From contig JBDKSP010000046.1 in assembly GCA_039680575.1 (NCBI GenBank), positions 1 to 54,263 on the forward strand: DNA of 54,263 bases. The letters run 5' to 3'. Shown here in pieces: positions 47,899 to 54,263 of the stretch (within the stretch, counting starts at the first letter, position 1; every line of letters starts with the position of its first letter). Source of the DNA: Armatimonadota bacterium (GTDB lineage Bacteria > Armatimonadota > UBA5829 > DTLH01). The position numbers and the translations under genes were made by a program. The notes beneath the pieces are model-generated. The model was not told the origin of the DNA, made no database searches, and saw nothing but the letters and a program-made list of their open reading frames with translations.

Positions 47899-48372
47899 TC
47901 AGATAGCCTGCAAGTCTTGGAATGGAATGATGCGAGAGCTGTCCGCCGATGTGGGCGTGTAGCTTATCCCGGAAAACGCCTCGTCATCCTGGGCAAAAAC
48001 GCAGAGCACGGTCGGGAACTGGACGCTGTCCAGCTTACCCAACCATTCACAGAACTCCCGGCGCGATCTGTCGCCCCAAGTGTTGATGAGGAAGTCGGGA
48101 TTATCGAGTATGATCGTTTTCTCGCCTTGAGCCTTGAGTTTGAGCAGATCGAGCAACTTCTGCTGGTCGAACGTATCTATCTTCGACGAGAGCTCTCCAT
48201 CATCAATGAACTCATTCAGCAGGTCCAGATATCGCGCGGACAGCGCGTTAGCGAGCTTCTTCGCGTAGTCGGACTTGCCGCATCCAGCCGGACCTGTAAC
48301 CAGCACGGCCCGATATCTCTCTGTTGCTTGCCGCTTCAAGAGACCTTGGAGATCGATTGGTACTTGCGACAT
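47899..48372 (-). CDS. brxF: Small P-loop protein, BREX-3 BrxF-like
   Basis: 157 aa. YRAVLVTGPAGCGKS and IILDNPDFL. Immediately upstream of brxC. Confidence 0.7.
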   Translation of the reverse strand: MSQVPIDLQGLLKRQATERYRAVLVTGPAGCGKSDYAKKLANALSARYLDLLNEFIDDGELSSKIDTFDQQKLLDLLKLKAQGEKTIILDNPDFLINTWGDRSRREFCEWLGKLDSVQFPTVLCVFAQDDEAFSGISYTPTSADSSRIIPFQDLQAI

Positions 48373-48374
48373 CT

Positions 48375-49202
48375 CTAATCCTCCGTGTCCTCGAAGTGAG
48401 CAAGTAGGTAATCAGCCGGATCGGGCGGATTCACGAAGCGCACTTGGTCGAGGTGCCCTTTGTTCTCTATGCTGACCACGTCGTTCCGGTGCATCCTCTC
48501 AAGATGCGCGCGAACGTCCGGCTCACGCATCAGGAAAATCCTTCCAGGTGACGATGTCGCGGCCGCGATATCGGACACCGGTATCGCCGTCTCTCCCGGC
48601 CGGTATCGCGCTGCAAATGTCAGCAGCGAATAGCCAAACACTACTGGCGGAACCCGCAGTGTGGAAGGAGCAGCGAATGTATCGTCTCGGGGTTCAAGAT
48701 ACGACAGCCTGGACAAAGAACCTTCCGAATATGCTCGCAGGAATACTGAAAGCTCCTTCACGAGGTGCTTGGTGGCCGAGTAAACCGAGTGACTGGTTTG
48801 GAGGTCAGTGAAGAATCCTTTGGCATCCTGCAGACTGATACAGCAATTCGATGTGATCACCTCATTGGCCATTCTATGCCAGACTAGATGATACGGATCC
48901 GCCGACAGGTTGTAATGCACAATCCACGGTGTCTGCTGGCCTGTGAGGTACGGATCGATCTTGAGTATGGCCTTGCCGAGGGGCGTGAGCCGACCCGTCC
49001 GAGGCAACATAAAGTCCATCGCCATCGTATGGCTGGCGATGCTGTCGATCATCCGCTCCGCTAGCCCCAGGTCATCGCTGGCTGCTTTTGGACTCCAACG
49101 AGGCATGTTCTGTTCTTCCAGCCACTGCAGTAACCGGGCCGTCTGGGATAGGTCCAGGTCATAGCCATTGGATAACTGTAGCTTCGGCTTCAGCTCTGCC
49201 AT
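48375..49202 (-). CDS. DUF4007 family protein (BrxA/SspB-like)
   Basis: LGLAERMIDSI, LTPLGKAILKIDPYL...WIVHYNL, SPGRIF, LDQV motifs characteristic of DUF4007. Confidence 0.75.
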   Translation of the reverse strand: MAELKPKLQLSNGYDLDLSQTARLLQWLEEQNMPRWSPKAASDDLGLAERMIDSIASHTMAMDFMLPRTGRLTPLGKAILKIDPYLTGQQTPWIVHYNLSADPYHLVWHRMANEVITSNCCISLQDAKGFFTDLQTSHSVYSATKHLVKELSVFLRAYSEGSLSRLSYLEPRDDTFAAPSTLRVPPVVFGYSLLTFAARYRPGETAIPVSDIAAATSSPGRIFLMREPDVRAHLERMHRNDVVSIENKGHLDQVRFVNPPDPADYLLAHFEDTED

Positions 49203-52200
49203 CAGTCACCCTCCGGCTCTTCAGGCAGCGAAGCTAAGTCCAACGGCCTGAGAAAAGAGTTTGACTTGTACTGTGCGAAAATGCCGCGTGGAAGAGCCAG
49301 GTCCGGGGCGACATTACGCACTATCAGATCATCGATCTTGAGCAAGATATCCATTCTCTTGTTGAAGTTGTAGTTTGGCACTTCAATACCCTTGGTGATC
49401 GATACTTTGCAGTGCGGTGCCGCATTCCACAGCTCGTTTGCAAGAGCTGAGACATCATCGACCGGCAACTCTGGAACAGGGAAACACGCGACTGTATCGA
49501 CGTTGGTGACGAAGCCGTCGCCAAAGACGCGCCAGTACCAGTAGAAGACATTGCTGTTGACAAGAATGCCCATCAGATCGCGATCGTACTGACAGTTGAA
49601 TGTGAGAGTCAGCACCTTGTTGCGAGCTATCCGAACAGGGAACGCCGAAAGGAAGTAGTTTACAGCGCGGGGTACAATCAGAAAGTGCTCCGCTTCCGTG
49701 TCTTTCTGGCTCTCCGAGAGGATCGTGCGGCATACTTCGCTACCAGTTCTCTCACCAGAAGTTATGCGCAGCCAGAATGCGCGTAGACGGGGGGCACCAA
49801 GTCGCGGGAATGATCTCTGCGAACAGAAAGGCGTGATATCAGAGTACGTGAGGCTACCAAAGAGGGCATCTCTATCTCTATTGGCCCACCGAAGCAGATC
49901 AGTTGCCTGCACCATTGGCGAGTCCGCGCCGAACCTCAAGAGGACAATCGATGCGCGCTGTCCATTGCGTGTATCAGGGCTCTGGAACAACTGATCGGGA
50001 TTGTTGTCGAAGTTGGCGAACTTAGCTGCCATGGATCTGTCCAAGATCATGCCGCGCACGTCGGAGAATTGCCGACCGAAAGTGATCGACAGCGGGACGA
50101 CCGCCCCGAGAGACGAAGTCTTGCTCGCAACAGCCATGCCGCGTTCTAGCATCCATCCGTAGGTGTCGCCGCACCTGGCGCTCGCGTATGCATGGGTAAT
50201 GAAGGAATCAGCCTTCGTCCCAACATACGGTGGATTGGCAATGACCGCATCGAATCGGACAGCGCCATTACGGAATGCCTCTGCAAATTCCAAGTCCCAG
50301 TGGAAGAAACGCTTCTCTTGGGCCAGTTCGCGAGACCTCTGCGCGTACGGTCTGTCTTTGACTATGCGGCTCCAGCTATCTGCGTGATAGTTCTGCCCGG
50401 CCAGTTCGAGCAACTCCGCGTATTGATCAGAGAGGACGTGATTCCCGTAGAACGTCGACACCCAGACATTGGCCAAGTCCTTTACGCGAGTCATGATCTC
50501 GCCTATGTGCTTGTCGCGCCGCTTCTTGTCTTCCACTGCGTCCATCGCGTCCGAGTCCTGAGCGGCAATCCCTTCATACTCCGAGAGCACGAGCGCGATT
50601 GTGTCGTTGACGTACAAAGGCAGCGACGGGCCTGACTTTTCGCCTTTGACACCAGGCAATCTTCTTAGATCAGGCAGCCTTGCCCCGATGAGCGAGTTGC
50701 CGGTCTTGAGGTGGTGGTTCAGGAACGAGAGTGGCTTGCCCTCGCTCGCGGATGCCAACCATAGAGAAAGCTTGGCAAGCTCAGTAGCGAGTGGATTGAC
50801 ATCTACCCCGAACATACAGCGTTCCACAGCCCGCCTGCGCCAAACGCCAGGGCTGGTGTCGAGCGCTTCATTGGTCCACGGAGTCTCGTTGAGCTTCTCG
50901 ACGATGAAGTTAGTGACTTTCTGCAGTGCGTTCACAAGGAAGTGGCCGCTGCCCATGGCGGGATCCAGTATCCGATAGGTGAACACTTGCTTGCGGACGA
51001 ATTTCTCGACTGACTCGTCCACGAAGCGCTGAAGTCGTTCTTGCTCGTCTTCGGATATGGCAGACCTTTCATCGGAGACAAGCTGTTCCAGTTCGGGCCT
51101 GAACTCACCCCAGAGGTCCTCCAGTCCCTTGCACACCGTGTTGGAAACTATGTAGTCGACGACGTCCTCCGGCGTATAGTAGCTGCCGCTACGCTTGCGT
51201 TCGGTGGGCGATTGGCCGAAGTAGACGCCGCCAGAGGGGATGAGGTTGCCCCGGTCGGATTCCTTGAGCTGCACGCTCGACTGCGGCACGTACTGCACCT
51301 TGTCTCCGGACACGCGCGCAACCATCGGCTGTTCGGCGATGTATAGCTTGTATTCCAGCAGCGCTTCGTAGAGGGAGCCCAGGTGCCGCACGGACAGGTC
51401 GCGGTAGTCGATCCAGCGATGGACGCCGGGCCGCTTTGGTTCGTCCATGCAGTTCAACTGGTATATGGCTTCCGCCAGAAACTCGTTGCTGATCAGATGC
51501 TCGGAAAGATACGGTCGCCGGGAGGAGTCGAACAGCTCGCCGTCGTACTCCGTGATCTCGAAGTCCTCCTCCGGGGTGGCTCGGTGTCCCTCATCAACCC
51601 AGACAAAGAGCTTGCGTAGCCGGACCCAAAGGTCGGTGCCGGTCGGGTCGATGGTCCGCTTGAAATGATGTTCAACTGCCTCGCGTGTCAACGTCTTCAG
51701 GGAATACTGGTCAGCGTATACTGCGTTCGAAGTCGGAAGCAGCCCTCGCGACTCGGCATATAAGATGAACACTATTCGATAGAGCAAGTAGACGGAGTTG
51801 TTGAATATCTCGTCCCGTTCATCCTGGCTGAATGTGCTGCGACCTTCATCACGCACGAATCCTAGACAGATGTTTCGGAGAACGTCGTCCATACTGGACT
51901 TGAGATGCTTCTCGATCTCCTGAGTTGCCTTGATCGAGGCTTGTCGGTAAGTCTCAAGTGCCGGCCGGTCGTCTGCATCAACCACAAACGCATCAGCGGT
52001 GAAGAAGCGATGGAATATTCGGAGCGCATCTACGTTGCGGGCGTCGATTGCCGCGCCAAGACTCACCTCAAGGAATGTATCGTAGGGAGCCAACTCGTCT
52101 CGGCGATAGAGCCGCCATGTCTCTCCGTCTGTGAGCACTCCCCAACCAGCTCCGCATGTGTGCATGTAGCGAACAAGCTTCTCTGCCCAATTGAGTCCCT

Positions 52201-52531
52201 TTAGGGTACATCCCAACTGCGAGGTGTGATCGATGACGATTAGCCCGCCGACAGGAGTCTCAGCCCCCCAGTATGGCAGAAGCCGCGCCGCGCCTGGAAC
52301 TGCGGGATCGTCCTGACGCACGAAGTGTAGGCTGTCCAACACCGGTCCTACATATGACGCGAGGAGCTGGGCCGCACTACCGGATTGACTGGACTTGCGC
52401 CATTCCTTGATCGTTTCGCCAAGTGCATCGAGCGTGCTCTTGTCGTACTTCTCGGCGAGCAGTTGCTCCAGATACGCCTGCGCGAACAGGAACTCATTTC
52501 TATACAGTTGTCCGTCAGTCGTTGTCCGCAT
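49202..52531 (-). CDS. pglX: Eco57I-type N6-adenine DNA methyltransferase (PglX-like; alternative start 52540)
   Basis: RKRSGSYYTP, ILDPAMGSGHFL, FGVDVNPLA, GNSLIG, FHWDLEF, IANPPY. N-terminal WGVLTDGETWRLY domain. Confidence 0.85.
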   Translation of the reverse strand: MRTTTDGQLYRNEFLFAQAYLEQLLAEKYDKSTLDALGETIKEWRKSSQSGSAAQLLASYVGPVLDSLHFVRQDDPAVPGAARLLPYWGAETPVGGLIVIDHTSQLGCTLKGLNWAEKLVRYMHTCGAGWGVLTDGETWRLYRRDELAPYDTFLEVSLGAAIDARNVDALRIFHRFFTADAFVVDADDRPALETYRQASIKATQEIEKHLKSSMDDVLRNICLGFVRDEGRSTFSQDERDEIFNNSVYLLYRIVFILYAESRGLLPTSNAVYADQYSLKTLTREAVEHHFKRTIDPTGTDLWVRLRKLFVWVDEGHRATPEEDFEITEYDGELFDSSRRPYLSEHLISNEFLAEAIYQLNCMDEPKRPGVHRWIDYRDLSVRHLGSLYEALLEYKLYIAEQPMVARVSGDKVQYVPQSSVQLKESDRGNLIPSGGVYFGQSPTERKRSGSYYTPEDVVDYIVSNTVCKGLEDLWGEFRPELEQLVSDERSAISEDEQERLQRFVDESVEKFVRKQVFTYRILDPAMGSGHFLVNALQKVTNFIVEKLNETPWTNEALDTSPGVWRRRAVERCMFGVDVNPLATELAKLSLWLASASEGKPLSFLNHHLKTGNSLIGARLPDLRRLPGVKGEKSGPSLPLYVNDTIALVLSEYEGIAAQDSDAMDAVEDKKRRDKHIGEIMTRVKDLANVWVSTFYGNHVLSDQYAELLELAGQNYHADSWSRIVKDRPYAQRSRELAQEKRFFHWDLEFAEAFRNGAVRFDAVIANPPYVGTKADSFITHAYASARCGDTYGWMLERGMAVASKTSSLGAVVPLSITFGRQFSDVRGMILDRSMAAKFANFDNNPDQLFQSPDTRNGQRASIVLLRFGADSPMVQATDLLRWANRDRDALFGSLTYSDITPFCSQRSFPRLGAPRLRAFWLRITSGERTGSEVCRTILSESQKDTEAEHFLIVPRAVNYFLSAFPVRIARNKVLTLTFNCQYDRDLMGILVNSNVFYWYWRVFGDGFVTNVDTVACFPVPELPVDDVSALANELWNAAPHCKVSITKGIEVPNYNFNKRMDILLKIDDLIVRNVAPDLALPRGIFAQYKSNSFLRPLDLASLPEEPEGD

Positions 52532-53144
52532 GCGTGTCATCCGCCAATTCCCATATTCCGTTGGGAGAGTTGCTGCGCAGTATGCCGCGCGTGACAAGAG
52601 CTTGCCTGGCCCATCGTGCTCTGTTCCACCAAACGACCTCTCTATACTTCTCATTCACCTCAAGGTCAGCCTCAGTCAATTGGTCTCCCATAGTCTCCAG
52701 CAGTATCTTGCGCACCTCTTTGGCCGGAGCAGATCCACCAAGCTGCCGAAGAGCGTCGATGATTGGTTGCTCATAAACCTTCGGCGAAGTCACGCCGCTA
52801 CCCGAAACCGTGATCGCAATGTCTGTCTTCTTCTCGAACCTCTTTGCTTGCACTGCCGACGGCGAAACCTTTAGCTTCTCGGCTATCGAAACGATTCTGC
52901 CTGAGAGCACCTCTAGGGTGTTTGCGGCGGCGCTGACTGCCTTCTCGTCCTCAGCCAGGTTCTCCTGGAGCTGAACAAGCAGCTCCGGCACGTTCAACCC
53001 TTTCTTTGACAGCCGATCAATGGTTGTTCTGACCTCTTTGAGCTGACCCAACTTCTCGCTCTTTGAATCGCTGTTCATCAGCGATTGGGCGTCACCTATC
53101 AGCCTTTCAATCCGGTCACAAAGCAGATTGGCCTCATCTATCAT
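52515..53144 (-). CDS. Coiled-coil + Mrr_N-type winged-helix protein
   Basis: YEQPIIDALRQLGGSA...WWNRARWARQALVTRGILRSNSPNGIWEL is an Mrr N-terminal domain motif. No Mrr catalytic domain. Confidence 0.8.
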   Translation of the reverse strand: MIDEANLLCDRIERLIGDAQSLMNSDSKSEKLGQLKEVRTTIDRLSKKGLNVPELLVQLQENLAEDEKAVSAAANTLEVLSGRIVSIAEKLKVSPSAVQAKRFEKKTDIAITVSGSGVTSPKVYEQPIIDALRQLGGSAPAKEVRKILLETMGDQLTEADLEVNEKYREVVWWNRARWARQALVTRGILRSNSPNGIWELADDTHADND

Positions 53145-53761
53145 TGCTCGTCACCAGATGCGCTGCCATTGGGACTAGCCAGTTCCCATGTCTTCCGTGG
53201 CGAATCTGCGCGCAGCACACCACTGTCCATAAGGCTGTAACGCGCGATCTTCGCTGTCCTCCGCCAGTTCTCGCAGTCACTATTAGGGTACATCTCTAGG
53301 TCTCCGGGCAGCAGTTGTCTCTCCATTGCCTGAAAGACGGCGTCAAGTATCTTATGAGCCGTGCCGCTGCCGCCCATGGTGCGCAAAACGTCAATGATCA
53401 CCGGATGGTAATCCTCTTCGGGCGTGATCTCCGGCAAGTCGCCTCTCCGGATTCTCTTGCGCACGCCTCGGACTCGGACCAAGGGTTCGATGCTATCCGT
53501 GAACCCATCAAGTCTCTCATACAGAGTCTTCAGCGTCTCCACCGCGACGTCATGCTGTGACACTTCCTTAGATAAGCTGTCGGAGAGAGCTGCTAGCTCT
53601 TGAGGAACAGCTACATTCGCTCGCGTCAAGTTCTCGACGGTCACGCTGATCTGCTGGAGCTGCTTTCGCTTCTCCGCTAGTGAGTCACTCTGGATGAGCG
53701 CGGCAGCGTCCTCGATCAACTTCTGGATTCGATCACAAAGTAGATGTGTCTCTTCAATCAT
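53141..53761 (-). CDS. Paralogous coiled-coil + Mrr_N-type winged-helix protein
   Basis: Start moved to ATG 53761 (MIEETHLLCDRIQKLI, cf. paralogue MIDEANLLCDRIERLI). C-terminal WRRTAKIARYSLMDSGVLRADSPRKTWEL. Confidence 0.75.
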   Translation of the reverse strand: MIEETHLLCDRIQKLIEDAAALIQSDSLAEKRKQLQQISVTVENLTRANVAVPQELAALSDSLSKEVSQHDVAVETLKTLYERLDGFTDSIEPLVRVRGVRKRIRRGDLPEITPEEDYHPVIIDVLRTMGGSGTAHKILDAVFQAMERQLLPGDLEMYPNSDCENWRRTAKIARYSLMDSGVLRADSPRKTWELASPNGSASGDEQ

Positions 53762-53828
53762 AGGACTGTTTGCGAGACCCATACCAAGGGTGCTTTCTGC
53801 TCTAGACGAAATCCCGACAAGCACCAGC

Positions 53829-54041
53829 TTACTGCGGGGTGGTGTCATCTGAGCAGACGTCGGCTTCGATCTCCAGTAACCTCTGGAGAAGGTATGGCTG
53901 AGGTCTTCTCTTCCCTCCCTCCCAGTTATTGACAGTGGAAAACGCGACACCGATCTCGCGCGCAAGTCGCTCCTGCGTCCAGCCAGCGCGATCCCTGATT
54001 CGTCGTATCAGGGCAGTGATGTCCTCATAATTCATGCTCAT
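53829..54041 (-). CDS. XRE-family HTH transcriptional regulator
   Basis: IRRIRDRAGWTQERLAREIGVAFSTVNNWEGGKRRP. Start at ATG 54041 or 54035. Confidence 0.9.
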   Translation of the reverse strand: MSMNYEDITALIRRIRDRAGWTQERLAREIGVAFSTVNNWEGGKRRPQPYLLQRLLEIEADVCSDDTTPQ

Positions 54042-54078
54042 CTCGCTCGCACCAACTTCAGTGAGAATGCGCAACCGC

Positions 54079-54121
54079 TATAGTAGATACTATAATACTG
54101 CCTGCCTCGGCTGGCTGTCAA
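54079..54121 (-). promoter_or_regulatory. Promoter and palindromic operator ahead of the XRE-BREX operon
   Basis: Minus-strand TTGACA (54121-54116)-N18-TATTAT (54097-54092). Perfect palindrome TATAGTA-GA-TACTATA (54079-54094) overlaps the -10/start region. Confidence 0.6.
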
Positions 54122-54263
54122 ACGCTGAGTTGGGCGAGGCAGGAGCATCGTTTTTAGACAGTGAGCTTGTATATGATTATCGGGTGTATAGGATTGGTCT
54201 GGAAAAATGGCGGGATTGTTAGTATTGATACGCGAAAAAGGATGATTACGGGACTTCTATACA

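Noticed and set aside
619..54222. The many 60-210 aa antisense or alternate-frame ORFs in the track
   Set aside because: They are shadows of well-supported longer genes and carry no family motifs.
1..54263. Prophage, ICE or IS boundaries
   Set aside because: No integrase, transposase, tRNA or long direct repeat recognised; mobility is inferred only from gene content.

Overview
Bacterial accessory/defence island with no rRNA, tRNA, CRISPR array or integrase that I can recognise. Left to right: (1) the 5' part of an AbiEi-type (type IV TA) antitoxin, missing from the ORF track, divergent from a Gabija-like OLD nuclease + UvrD helicase pair. (2) Mixed cargo: YjhP-like methyltransferase, HTH-led hypothetical, MUG-family glycosylase, SEC-C protein, secreted PQQ-propeller protein. 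(3) A Hen1...Pnkp RNA-repair operon with six inserted genes. (4) A 1.47-kb gene-poor stretch holding a structured 2 x 136-bp tandem repeat, followed by a translationally coupled operon: NYN RNase, small membrane protein, LCP, vWA, degenerate tubulin-like protein, SEDS (FtsW/RodA) and class B PBP. (5) A convergent operon: acyltransferase, HTH-NB-ARC-TPR, divergent RtcB-like protein, esterase, histidine phosphatase and an orphan; the region upstream of the NB-ARC gene shares several 8-10 bp words with the tandem repeat. (6) A hybrid BREX locus (XRE, two Mrr_N proteins, pglX-like MTase, DUF4007, brxF, brxC, pglZ, and brxL with a DUF4145/HEPN domain instead of Lon). The best candidate for an undescribed system is the 22.6-38.8 kb module (blocks 4+5), followed by the BREX variant. 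All family calls come from motif recognition by eye; no database searches were run.
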